The position numbers and the translations under genes were made by a program. DNA of 64,000 nucleotides, taken from an uncultured Trueperaceae bacterium. Lineage in GTDB: Bacteria; Deinococcota; Deinococci; Deinococcales; Trueperaceae. Positions within the stretch are counted from its first letter, which is position 1, and each line of letters starts with the position of its first letter. The notes below the pieces were generated by a model. The model saw nothing but the letters and a program-made list of their open reading frames with translations, searched no databases and was not told where the DNA came from. Below are positions 19,981-29,435 of the stretch, one piece after another. The DNA lies in contig CAWCXJ010000006.1 in assembly GCA_963799485.1 (NCBI GenBank), positions 640,001 to 704,000 of the forward strand, read 5' to 3'.

Positions 19981-20730
19981 TTACGGTGCCCGCAGCTCGA
20001 GCCCCAGCTGGTATTTGTCGCCCCGGTAGGCGCTCCGCACGAACTCGAAGGGGGTGTCGTCGGCTCCGAAGGTGGTGCGCTCCAAGGCGAGTACCGGGAC
20101 GCCGCGCGGCAACTCCAGAAGCTCGCGTTCACGGCGACTCGGTTGCCGCGCGCCGACGCTCTGCCGGGCGCGGCGCGGAATCAGCTCGTAGTGTTCGGCG
20201 AGGGCGCGATATAAGCTGCCGCTCTCTGACAGGGCCGCTTCGGGGAGCGCCGCGTAGGGCGGCGGCAGGTGCGCGACCTGCACGGCTAAGGGCTCGCCGT
20301 CGGCGGTGCGAAGCCGGGTGATGCGGCGTACCAGCGTACCGGGCGCTAACTTGAGGGCCGCAGCGACGCCCGCGTCGGCGGGCAGCGCGAGCGACTCGAG
20401 GAGGGTGCTGCCCGCCTCGAATCCCAGACTCTTGGCCTCGTCTGCAAAGCCGAGCACCCGGTCTACGGTCTGCTCGAGCCGCCGCGGCAGTACATACGTC
20501 CCTGAGCCCTGCCGCCGTTCGGCGAGCTTTTGCCCGACGAGCAGCTCGAGGGCGCGCCTTACTGTCATCCGCGACAGCCCCAGGGCGTCGGCGAGGTCGC
20601 GCTCCGACGGGAGCGCCTCACCGGGGGCGATGTCGCCGCCTAGAATGGCGCTCTGGAGTTTGTCCTGAAGCTGCAGGTAAGCGGGCGTCGGCTGCGTTTT
20701 GTCGATGGTGATGCCGAGCCCTAGCTGCAC
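19981..20730 (-). CDS. GntR/HutC-family regulator with UTRA domain (NagR/DasR-like)
   Basis: LPSERDLA, SRMTVRRAL, RQGSGTYV, C-terminal UTRA. GTG 20730 follows GGAGG. Confidence 0.9.
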   Translation of the reverse strand: MQLGLGITIDKTQPTPAYLQLQDKLQSAILGGDIAPGEALPSERDLADALGLSRMTVRRALELLVGQKLAERRQGSGTYVLPRRLEQTVDRVLGFADEAKSLGFEAGSTLLESLALPADAGVAAALKLAPGTLVRRITRLRTADGEPLAVQVAHLPPPYAALPEAALSESGSLYRALAEHYELIPRRARQSVGARQPSRRERELLELPRGVPVLALERTTFGADDTPFEFVRSAYRGDKYQLGLELRAP

Positions 20731-20819
20731 GGCAGCAACCCCTCCGCGACGCGGTAAAAAGAAGGCCATACCGAAAAATGACCGGGCCCCCGCGCACTTT
20801 TGCTCATACCGGAAGTATA

Positions 20820-20835
20820 CCTGTTTTAGACCAGT
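20820..20835. promoter_or_regulatory. Candidate dre-like GntR operator in the divergent promoter region
   Basis: CCTGTTTTAGACCAGT; its reverse complement ACTGGTCTAAAACAGG resembles the DasR/NagR site A(G/C)TGGTCTAGACCA(G/C)T. Confidence 0.5.
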
Positions 20836-20862
20836 TTGTACAGCGCGTGGTAGAGTTCGGGC

Positions 20863-21897
20863 ATGGATATAGGGGCGGCGCGGCTGGGTCTAGAGGCTGC
20901 GGTTTTACGGGGCGAGGTGCCGGGAGTGGTCGCCGTCACAGGTGACGCGGAGCGCATCTTGCCGGTTGCGGTTTGTGGCGTCACACGCTTGGACGGGCCA
21001 CCGGTAACGTCTGACACATATTTCGACTTTGCCTCACTCAGCAAGGTGCTCGGCACGCTGCCCGCCGTGCTGAGCCTCGTTCAGGCCGGCAGAGTCTCGT
21101 TGGATAGTCCCGTAAAACACTTTTTTACGGGCGCAGGCTGGTTGCAAACGCCCTCTTTGGGCGACGCGACGGTTCGGCAGCTCTTGACCCACACGGCAGG
21201 TTTACCGGCGTGGCGGCCCCTCTACGCCGAAGCGAGCACCCGCCTGAGCGTTCTAGGCAACCTTTTACAAACGCCGCGCGTCCACCCGGCGGGCCGGGTC
21301 GTCTACAGCGACCCCGGTTTTATGCTGCTCGGCGCAACCGTTGAGCGCGTGAGCCGGGTGCGGCTCGACCTTTTTACGGCGGCGCACGTGTTCGGGCCAC
21401 TGGGGATGACGACGACCGGGTACGGCGTCCCGGACGGCGCAGCGGTTGCCGCTACCGAAGATTGCGGGTGGCGCGGGCGGGTGTTGCAGGGCGAAGTCCA
21501 CGACGAAAACGCCTTTGTCCTTGACGGCGTAGCGGGGCACGCAGGGGTGTTCGGCACCGCGTTTGATGTGGCCCGTTACGCGCAGGCGTGGCTGCGGCTT
21601 GAGGCTCCTTTCGCGTCTCCCGAGCTTTTGCGGCAGGCGACACTCGAGCACGCACGTGACGACTCGAGTGTGCGGCGCGGTCTGGGTTGGCAGCTCGCGG
21701 GGGCGGGCTCCTCAGCCGGGCACAACGTCAGCCGGAGCGCCTACGGTCACACCGGTTTTACCGGCACGAGTTTGTGGATAGACCCCGACAAAAACCGTTT
21801 TGCCGTCCTGCTTACCAACCGTGTTCACCCGTCCCGGACTTGCGGTCAAAACATCCACGCGCTGCGCGTCGCCTTTCACGACGCGGTGTTCGCCTAG
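20863..21897 (+). CDS. Serine hydrolase, beta-lactamase class C-like (AmiE-like MurNAc-L-Ala amidase candidate)
   Basis: SxxK (ASLSK), LLTHTAG, YSD, VHDENA, GHTGFTG. Context is peptidoglycan recycling. Confidence 0.8.
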   Translation: MDIGAARLGLEAAVLRGEVPGVVAVTGDAERILPVAVCGVTRLDGPPVTSDTYFDFASLSKVLGTLPAVLSLVQAGRVSLDSPVKHFFTGAGWLQTPSLGDATVRQLLTHTAGLPAWRPLYAEASTRLSVLGNLLQTPRVHPAGRVVYSDPGFMLLGATVERVSRVRLDLFTAAHVFGPLGMTTTGYGVPDGAAVAATEDCGWRGRVLQGEVHDENAFVLDGVAGHAGVFGTAFDVARYAQAWLRLEAPFASPELLRQATLEHARDDSSVRRGLGWQLAGAGSSAGHNVSRSAYGHTGFTGTSLWIDPDKNRFAVLLTNRVHPSRTCGQNIHALRVAFHDAVFA

Positions 21898-21899
21898 CT

Positions 21900-23492
21900 G
21901 TGCGGCGGTTTTTTTGCCTGCTCGTCTGTTTGGTAGCGTCACCCGTTCAAGCGCAAGTCGGGCGGCTCCTCATGCTCTCTTTTAGTGGCACAAGCCCGCC
22001 CCTGGAGCGTCTGCACAAGCTTCGTCCGGCAGGGTTTATCTTTTTTCCGAACAACGTCGAAAGCGCCGCTCAGACCCGCACACTGACCCGGCAACTGCAA
22101 GCTGTCGCGGGGTATCCGCTTCTTTTCGGTATCGACCAAGAGGGCGGCACGGTCAGCAGTTTTCGCCCCGACGAGGCGACGTTGTTTCCCGGCAACATGG
22201 CGCTCGGCGCGGCGGGCGACCCGGCGCTGGCTCGAGCGGTCGGCCTGGCGCTCGGGCAAGAGCTGGCTTACGCCGGTTTTAATCTGGATTTTGCGCCCGT
22301 GCTGGACGTGGCGAGCGAACCGGACAATCCTGTCGTCGGGGTGCGGTCGTTCGGCTCGAGTCCCGTCGGCGTCGGGACACTCGGGGCAGCGTTTTCTCAG
22401 GGTCTAAAAGATGCCGGTGTCGCGGCGGTCGCCAAACATTTCCCCGGTCACGGCGGCACCAAAACCGATTCGCACCTGACTTTGCCGGTCGTCCAAAAAA
22501 GCCGAGCTGAGCTGGAGAGGCTCGAGCTACCCCCCTTCCTTGCCGCCGTCAAAGCCGGGGTTCCCGCCGTCATGAGCGCCCACGTCGTTTTTACGGCGTT
22601 AGACGACCGCCCTGCAACGCTCTCAAAACTCGTCCTGACAGGGCTTTTACGGCGCGAGCTGGGCTTTGAGGGCGTGGTGATCACCGACGCGCTCAACATG
22701 AAGGCGATTACGGGTACCGTCGGCCCCGGCAAAGCTGCCGTGCGGAGCGTCCGGGCAGGCGCGGACTTGCTCTTGTTGGTCGGTGACGCAACGCTGCAAA
22801 ACGAAGTTTACGGCGAGCTGAAAAAAGCCCTGGCAGACGGGCGACTGAGCCCTGAGAGGGTTCGTGAAGCGGTTCGGCGCACGTCACAACTGGCGCAGCG
22901 TTATCCCGTAAAAAACACGCCCCGCCCCAACTACGCCGCGCACCAAGCTCTCGCTGACAAGGTGGCGCGGCAAGCGGCGACCCTGTTATGGAACGACCGG
23001 ATTTCGGGGGCTGAGGTTTTGCCTATCCGACCCGCTCAAAACGTGCTGGTCGTCGCGCCCCAACCGCTCGGTTACGGCGACGCGGCGCACCTCGGCAGCG
23101 TCTTTAAGGCGGTACGCGGCGGTGTTCGGAGCGTCGTCGTCAGCGAACGTCCGACCAAACGGGAGCGTGCTGAAGCGGTGACGAAAGCGGTGAGCGCCGA
23201 CGTGGTGGTCTTGGCGAGCTATCACGGCTTCGGCGCGTTTCCGGCGGGCTTGGCAGCGTTGGGGGCCGACCTGGCAGAAACCGGTACGCCGCTCGTCGTC
23301 GTTACGCTCGGCAGACCCGGCGACCTGCGCTTTTTTTCCTCTCGCCCGGACGCTTACGCCGCTGTGTACGGCTACCGCGACGCGAACTTACGGGCGGCCA
23401 GGGACCTGCTGTTAGGTAAAAATCCGCCCCTCGGAACCCTGCCGGTGCCGGTCGGAACCTTCCCGGTCGGAGCCGGGTTAAAGGCTTATTGA
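21900..23492 (+). CDS. nagZ: GH3 beta-N-acetylhexosaminidase with signal peptide
   Basis: DQEGG, KHFPGHG..TDSH, ITDALNM. From GTG 21900 the N-terminus reads MRRFFCLLVCLVASPVQA-Q. Confidence 0.9.
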   Translation: MRRFFCLLVCLVASPVQAQVGRLLMLSFSGTSPPLERLHKLRPAGFIFFPNNVESAAQTRTLTRQLQAVAGYPLLFGIDQEGGTVSSFRPDEATLFPGNMALGAAGDPALARAVGLALGQELAYAGFNLDFAPVLDVASEPDNPVVGVRSFGSSPVGVGTLGAAFSQGLKDAGVAAVAKHFPGHGGTKTDSHLTLPVVQKSRAELERLELPPFLAAVKAGVPAVMSAHVVFTALDDRPATLSKLVLTGLLRRELGFEGVVITDALNMKAITGTVGPGKAAVRSVRAGADLLLLVGDATLQNEVYGELKKALADGRLSPERVREAVRRTSQLAQRYPVKNTPRPNYAAHQALADKVARQAATLLWNDRISGAEVLPIRPAQNVLVVAPQPLGYGDAAHLGSVFKAVRGGVRSVVVSERPTKRERAEAVTKAVSADVVVLASYHGFGAFPAGLAALGADLAETGTPLVVVTLGRPGDLRFFSSRPDAYAAVYGYRDANLRAARDLLLGKNPPLGTLPVPVGTFPVGAGLKAY

Positions 23493-24610
23493 TGACGAAA
23501 CCTGCCTGCACGGTGCTGGGGCTGATGTCGGGCACCTCGTGCGACGGGGTAGACGCCGTAAAAGTCGTTTTGGAACTTACGGCGGGGGGGCTCGAGTGGA
23601 GCGTTTTAGACCGCGCCAGCCTCCCTTATCCCGCGCTCTTGCGCGAACGGCTGTTACGGTCGCTCGTCCCGGAAACCTCGGACGTTGCGGCCCTGACGCA
23701 GCTTCACGCCGAGCTCGGGGAGGTTTACGGTGACCTTGCCGAAACCCTTTTACCTTTCGACGTTGTTTCGCTTTCCGGGCAGACCGTCTACCATATCCCC
23801 CGTAAAGACGCGCTCTTGGGCTGGTCTACGGTGAGCACCTTGCAACTCGGTGAACCGGCCAGGGTTGCCGAACGGGTGCAGCGGCCCGTTTACAGCGGTT
23901 TTCGGCAGTCGGATATGGCGGCGGGCGGGCAGGGTGCGCCTTTGGTGGCGTTCGCCGACCTGAAACTCTTTTACGAACCGGGCCGCGCGGTCGGCGTACA
24001 CAATCTGGGCGGCGTCTCGAACCTGACGTATCTGCCCGCAGACGGCAATCCGGACGGCGTGATCGCCTTCGATACCGGGCCGGGAAACTGTTTGCTGGAC
24101 GAAGCGGCGACGCATTACTTTGGGCAGGCTTACGACGTGGGCGGGGCGTTGGCGGCGCAAGGACAAGTTGACGAAGACGTGCTGGCGACGTTGCTGGGGC
24201 ATCCCTACTTTTCGCTGCCGCATCCCAAAACGACGGGCCGCGAAACGTTTACGCTCCCCTCTTTTCAGGACTTGACAGGTTTGTCCGGGCGCGACGTTCT
24301 CGCTACCCTGAGCGCGTTGACGGCGGAAAGTGTGGCGCGAGCCTACCGACCTTTCGGCGTCGAGCAAATTTTTGTTGCAGGCGGCGGCGCTTACAACGCG
24401 ACCTTGATGCGCGAACTGCGTTTACGGCTGAACATCCCGGTTGACCCGTTAGATATTCGGGGCGGGACACCCAAAGACCGCGAAGCGCTCTGTTTTGCGG
24501 TGCTGGGGTATTACGCGCACGTCGGTCTGCCCAATACCCTGCCGAACGTTACCGGGGCGCGGCGGGCGGTCGTTGCCGGGACGCGCACCGGTGGCTACGG
24601 TGGCGCTTAA
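23492..24610 (+). CDS. anmK: Anhydro-N-acetylmuramic acid kinase
   Basis: GLMSGTS.DGVD, GQTVYH, TLQLG, GGQGAPL, NLGG..N, FDTGPGN, KTTGRE. Confidence 0.94.
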   Translation: MTKPACTVLGLMSGTSCDGVDAVKVVLELTAGGLEWSVLDRASLPYPALLRERLLRSLVPETSDVAALTQLHAELGEVYGDLAETLLPFDVVSLSGQTVYHIPRKDALLGWSTVSTLQLGEPARVAERVQRPVYSGFRQSDMAAGGQGAPLVAFADLKLFYEPGRAVGVHNLGGVSNLTYLPADGNPDGVIAFDTGPGNCLLDEAATHYFGQAYDVGGALAAQGQVDEDVLATLLGHPYFSLPHPKTTGRETFTLPSFQDLTGLSGRDVLATLSALTAESVARAYRPFGVEQIFVAGGGAYNATLMRELRLRLNIPVDPLDIRGGTPKDREALCFAVLGYYAHVGLPNTLPNVTGARRAVVAGTRTGGYGGA

Positions 24611-25063
24611 CAACGGTACGAACCGGGTGAAAGTCGGCCTCGAGACCCTCGTGATTCAGGAGCCGGAGCCGACCTGCACGTCGTTCGTATGAACAGTTAT
24701 GACGGCTCTCCCGGGCCAAAACCGGCTTACCGTGGCGAGCGCCGTCACCGAACCTGCCGCGGCCTCAAAGCGCGCAGAGGTACCCGCTGACGGTGCTCGG
24801 GGGCACTCCCCTCAGCGAAGGGCGCGGGGGACGGACGCGCCGTTCGAGCCGCTGCGCGGGGTAAAGGTTCTCAGTGCAGCGGCAGCGTCCGGACTTCGGT
24901 TGGCCCGGTGAGACACGTCCCTTTGTCACGTCCTTTTGTCGACCTGTTAGCCGGGTCGGAGGTTTTACGGCGAACGGTTGACGGGGAGCTGAGTGACAAA
25001 GATTTTGAGGCGTGGCTGAGCGAAACGGCGGTGAGCGTGGGGCTCGAGCGACTCTACTTCTGA
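24600..25063 (+). pseudogene. namZ: NamZ/YbbC (DUF1343) exo-beta-N-acetylmuramidase remnant
   Basis: Fragments in order across frames: RVKVGLETL; GADLHVVRM; TGLPWRAPSPNLP...YP...GTPLSEGRG; TDAPFE; FVDLLAGSEVLRR...W...RLYF*. Confidence 0.8.
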
Positions 25064-25131
25064 CTTGCAAACCTGAAACTGGTACATAACTGGTAAAATT
25101 TATGCTATAACCAAGCTCTAAGGAGGTCATC

Positions 25132-26382
25132 ATGAAACGTTGGTTACTCGCCCTTTGCGGCCTGCTGCTCTTTACCCCGGTGGGGTCGGCGCAAACGCTC
25201 GAGATGTGGTCGTGGCGTACCGAGGATATAGACGCCTACAACCAGATTTTAGAGGCTTACACCGCCGAACACCCGGACGTGAGTGTCAACTTCGAGGCGT
25301 TCCTAAACACCGAGTACAACACGCTCGTCTCGACTTCGCTCCAGGCCGGGGACGCGGGCGACGTGGTGCAGACGCGCTCTTACGGCGGCGTCAAACCGTG
25401 GATCGACGGCGGCTATTTAGTTCCCTTAGACGGTCAGGAGAGCCTCGCCAACTATGAACCCGGCGTTTTGGACGCCGTGCGTTCACAGGAAAACGACCGG
25501 GTTTACGGTGTGCCCTTTGCCCTGCAAACGCTCCAGATGTTTTACAACAAAGCCATTTTCAACGAGCTGGGACTCTCGACACCGACCACCTGGGACGAGT
25601 TCGTCGCGCTCAACCAGACGCTCTTGGACGCCGGTTATATCCCGATGGCGACGACCGCCAAAGACGCCTGGATGCTGCCGATTTTGCACAGCATTATCGG
25701 GGCCGGAACCTACGGCGGCGATACCTTTGTAGAAGGCATCTTGAGCGGTGAAACGACCTTTGCAGACCCTGCCTTTGTCGAGAGCATTCAAGCCGTCAAA
25801 GACCTGCAAGCTTTTTTCCCGCCCGACGTGACGGCGGTCGCCTACACGGACGCGCAAACGCTCTTTACCACCGAAATGGCGGCGATGTTTCCCGGTGGCA
25901 GCTGGGAGGGTGCGTACTTCAGGAGTCAGAACCCCGACCTAGACCTCGGCGTTTTTACGGTTCCGGCAAAAGGTACGGACGCGCAGCTCAGCTCGTGGTT
26001 TGTCGACGGCGCTTGGGCGGTCAGTACGAGTACAGAAGATCAGGAGGCGGCCTTGGAGTTCGTCAACTGGCTCGGCTCGCCTGACTTCGGGCAGCGTTTT
26101 ACCGATACGCTGGCGCAGATTTCGCCCATCAAAGGTGTGACCCCGACCGACCCGCTGCTTAAGGACATCGTTTCGCTCTACGACGAGGCCGCAACGCCGT
26201 ACCTGCTGCTGGTTCACTTTCGCTACGGCACACCTTCCGGCACGGACGTGATCGGTGAAGACATGCAAAAGCTCTTTCTGGACGATATGAGCGCCCAAGA
26301 GGTTGGGGCCGACTTGCAGGCCAAGCTGTCGAGCTGGTTTACGCCCGGTCAGAGCGCGTCAAACACGTCAGCCGGCAACTAG
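25132..26382 (+). CDS. Carbohydrate ABC transporter substrate-binding protein
   Basis: Signal peptide, YGVP, FYNKAIF..LGL..PTTWDE. AAGGAGGT RBS. Confidence 0.92.
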   Translation: MKRWLLALCGLLLFTPVGSAQTLEMWSWRTEDIDAYNQILEAYTAEHPDVSVNFEAFLNTEYNTLVSTSLQAGDAGDVVQTRSYGGVKPWIDGGYLVPLDGQESLANYEPGVLDAVRSQENDRVYGVPFALQTLQMFYNKAIFNELGLSTPTTWDEFVALNQTLLDAGYIPMATTAKDAWMLPILHSIIGAGTYGGDTFVEGILSGETTFADPAFVESIQAVKDLQAFFPPDVTAVAYTDAQTLFTTEMAAMFPGGSWEGAYFRSQNPDLDLGVFTVPAKGTDAQLSSWFVDGAWAVSTSTEDQEAALEFVNWLGSPDFGQRFTDTLAQISPIKGVTPTDPLLKDIVSLYDEAATPYLLLVHFRYGTPSGTDVIGEDMQKLFLDDMSAQEVGADLQAKLSSWFTPGQSASNTSAGN

Positions 26383-26385
26383 CGC

Positions 26386-27321
26386 GTGAGCGGTCATGCA
26401 GGAACGACGCCGAAGGGGAGATTCAGCTCTCCCTTCTGGCGTTTTTTGCCCTTCTGGTTGCCCGCTCTTATCGTTTACACGCTCTTTATTATCTGGCCGC
26501 TCTTAAATGCGCTGCTTTACAGCCTGTTCGAGTGGCAGGGTCTCCGGCGCGGGGCATTTGTGGGCTTGGCGAACTTTGTCCGGCTCTTTACCACCGAGCC
26601 GTGGCGGAGCGACCTGGCGGCGGCGTTCGGGCACAACGTCGTCTTTTTTGTCGGGACGATGATCGTGCAAAATACGGTGGCGCTCGCCTTTGCCGTCATC
26701 CTTTTCAGCCTCCGGCGCGGCGGGCGTTTCTGGCAAAACCTGTTTTTCATGCCGCACCTGTTGGCAACCGTCGTCGTCGGGTTTTTGTGGAACTTAATTC
26801 TCAACCCGCTCTTTGGCCCGCTCAATCAGGGGCTTAAAGCGCTCGGTCTGGGCGCGCTCGCACAGCCGTGGCTGGGTCAACCTGAAACGGCGCTGCCGAC
26901 GATTATCGCCGTAAATGCCTGGGCGTGGCTGGGGTTTCCGATGATGATTTTTCTGGCGAATCTGGGCAGCATTCCGCCGAGTTACCTCGAGGCCGCCCGT
27001 TTAGACGGCGCGAACAGCTGGCAAGCTTTCCGGCGTATCCAGCTGCCCCTTTTGCGTCCGGCCCTGACTATCGTGACGCTCCTGACATTCATCGGCAACT
27101 TCAACACCTTCGAGCTGGTTTTCGTCATGGCGGGTTCCAACGGTTCCCCCGGCGGCGCAACGGATGTTCTCGGCACGTTTTTTTACCGCACGGCGTTCGG
27201 CGGCGGGCAAGACGCGGTGAGCATGGGTTCGGCGCTCGCGGTGGTGATGTTCGTCTTTATCGCGTTGACCTCGTTTACGGCGCTGTGGTTCTCGCGGCGA
27301 GAAACGGTCGTGTATGACTAG
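26386..27321 (+). CDS. Carbohydrate ABC transporter permease (MalF-like)
   Basis: FVGLANF and the EAA motif YLEAARLDGA. Confidence 0.92.
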   Translation: MSGHAGTTPKGRFSSPFWRFLPFWLPALIVYTLFIIWPLLNALLYSLFEWQGLRRGAFVGLANFVRLFTTEPWRSDLAAAFGHNVVFFVGTMIVQNTVALAFAVILFSLRRGGRFWQNLFFMPHLLATVVVGFLWNLILNPLFGPLNQGLKALGLGALAQPWLGQPETALPTIIAVNAWAWLGFPMMIFLANLGSIPPSYLEAARLDGANSWQAFRRIQLPLLRPALTIVTLLTFIGNFNTFELVFVMAGSNGSPGGATDVLGTFFYRTAFGGGQDAVSMGSALAVVMFVFIALTSFTALWFSRRETVVYD

Positions 27322-28156
27322 CTCATCTTCTCGTGGCGCCCGACTCCCGCGTATGACCCTTATCTACCTCGTGCTCGGGCTTTACGGGTTGAGCGTCGTC
27401 TACCCGGTCTTGCTGATGATCGTGTCGTCGTTTAAGGACTCGCGCGAAATCTTTACCGCGCCCTTTGCACTCCCGCAGAGCTGGAGTCCGGTCAACTATC
27501 TCGAGGCTTGGACGCAAGGAAACTTCTCGAGCTACTTCTTAAACAGCATCGTCGTAACGAGCGTGTCGGTCATCCTCGTTTTAATACTCGGTAGTCTGGC
27601 GGCGTACCCGCTCGGGCGCTACGCCTTCCGGGGCAAAACCTTCCTGAGCTTGTACTTTTTGGCCGGACTGATGCTCCCGATTCGCCTCGGTATCCTGCCG
27701 CTTTTCTTTTTGATGCGTACCCTCGGCCTGCTCAACACCCCGTTTTCGCTCATTGCCATCTACGTGGCGAGCGGCTTGCCCTTTACCATCTTCGTCTTGT
27801 CGAACTTTTTTGAGACGTTGCCCAGGGAGCTCGAGGAAGCCGCCCGTTTAGACGGCGCGAGCGAGTTTCGTATCTACGCACAGGTGATGCTGCCACTCGT
27901 GCGGCCCGCCCTGGCAACCGTGGCTATTTTCAACTTCATCCCCTGGTGGAACGATTTCTTTTTTCCGCTCATTTTTATCCGCGCCGAACGGTACAAAACG
28001 CTGCCGCTGGGCTTATTCAGCTTTTTCGGTGAGCACCAAAACGACTGGGCGCTGCTTTTTGCGGGCTTGACCATCACGACGCTGCCGCTTTTGGTCGTGT
28101 ATCTGTTTGCCAGCAAGCAGATTATCAAGGGTTTGACGACGGGGGCGATTCGCTAG
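27314..28156 (+). CDS. Carbohydrate ABC transporter permease (MalG-like)
   Basis: LEEAARLDGAS, WNDFF, TLPLGL, GLTTGAIR. Confidence 0.92.
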   Translation: MTSSSSRGARLPRMTLIYLVLGLYGLSVVYPVLLMIVSSFKDSREIFTAPFALPQSWSPVNYLEAWTQGNFSSYFLNSIVVTSVSVILVLILGSLAAYPLGRYAFRGKTFLSLYFLAGLMLPIRLGILPLFFLMRTLGLLNTPFSLIAIYVASGLPFTIFVLSNFFETLPRELEEAARLDGASEFRIYAQVMLPLVRPALATVAIFNFIPWWNDFFFPLIFIRAERYKTLPLGLFSFFGEHQNDWALLFAGLTITTLPLLVVYLFASKQIIKGLTTGAIR

Positions 28157-28483
28157 CCAAGCTCTGATCCAAGCGGGTGTGTTTTCGAACCCGGCTTGGT
28201 CTTCGCCGATTAAGTTCCGGGTCAGTACCCGGTAGTACAGTTCTCGTCATAGACTCTCCCGGCCCAAGCCCCAAATCCCGTTGCAACCCGGCTTGGGTTT
28301 GGGCAGTGGACTGCCGCTGAAAACGGGCGCTATCCAAATAGTGCGCCCGACGGGTCACGACCCCTTATTTCAGGGGCACACGCGGCGATAATTTGTATTT
28401 AATGAGCTTTGGGTTTATATTGTGTGATACCCGCGTTTAGGTTGGTACCTTCAGGACTATATGGGAGCCTATGGGGGGAACCT

Positions 28484-29386
28484 ATGGTCAGCACCGATTT
28501 CACCCGTGAAACGCTGCTTCAAGCCGCGCTAGACACACTTGCCGAACACATTGCAGTCATCGACACCGAAGGCACTATCCTTATGGTCAACAAGGCGTGG
28601 CGACGTTTTGGTTGCGACGCTGGCAGTGACGAGGCAAAAGTCGGCGTGTCGGCAAACTATTTCGAGGCGTGCCGGAACGCTACCGGGCAGGCGCGCGGTC
28701 AAGCTTACGCTCTTTTAAGAGGTCTCGAGGCGGTGGCCAGCGGTACGCTGCGTGAGTTCTCGCTCGAGTACGCCTGTGAGCTGCCCACTGAGACGTTGTG
28801 GTTTGCCGTAACAGTTAAACCCCTGGGCACACCCGGCGTCGGCATCATCGTCGCTCACACCGACGTCTCGCAGCAAAAAAAGTACAGGGCGATGGCCTAT
28901 ACCGACCCACTCACAGGTCTTGCCAACCGCCGCGCCTTTGTCGACTTCACTACCCAAGCCCTGACCCGCGCAGAACGCGAAGGCCGGGAGGTCGCGCTTG
29001 TCATCGCCGACCTCGACGGCTTTAAGAAGGTCAACGATGCGTATGGTCACGACGTAGGCGACGAACTGCTTACCGCGTTTGCCGGACGCCTCCGCGCCGC
29101 CTTTAGGGAGAGCGACTTCGTTGCGCGACTTGGTGGCGATGAGTTTGCCGTAGTCTTGCCGGTGCTAAACGAAGCTGCGCTAGGTTCTGCGCTCGAGCGT
29201 TGTCTGGCGCGTCTCAACCAGCCTTATACCCTCTTACAGCAAACGCTTGCGGTAAGAGCCAGCCTTGGGGTGGCCCTCTTTCCTCTTCACGGCTTTGGTC
29301 GAGATTCGCTTATGCGTAGCGCGGACAGGGCGCTCTACGCTTCCAAACGGTGCGGTGGCGGGGTCTCGTTTTACGCCCACTCCTAG
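28484..29386 (+). CDS. PAS-GGDEF diguanylate cyclase
   Basis: PAS (IAVID..G.I..VN.AW), DPLTGLANRR, DLDGFK.VND.YGH..GD, RESD I-site, GGDEF. Confidence 0.92.
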   Translation: MVSTDFTRETLLQAALDTLAEHIAVIDTEGTILMVNKAWRRFGCDAGSDEAKVGVSANYFEACRNATGQARGQAYALLRGLEAVASGTLREFSLEYACELPTETLWFAVTVKPLGTPGVGIIVAHTDVSQQKKYRAMAYTDPLTGLANRRAFVDFTTQALTRAEREGREVALVIADLDGFKKVNDAYGHDVGDELLTAFAGRLRAAFRESDFVARLGGDEFAVVLPVLNEAALGSALERCLARLNQPYTLLQQTLAVRASLGVALFPLHGFGRDSLMRSADRALYASKRCGGGVSFYAHS

Positions 29387-29435
29387 CACCCACTTTTCTT
29401 CACCCGGCAGACCGGGCGGATGGCTCCGTCAGCCG

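Noticed and set aside
20863..21897. Beta-lactamase as an antibiotic-resistance gene
   Set aside because: No signal peptide, and the nagZ/anmK/murQ context favours a recycling amidase or esterase.
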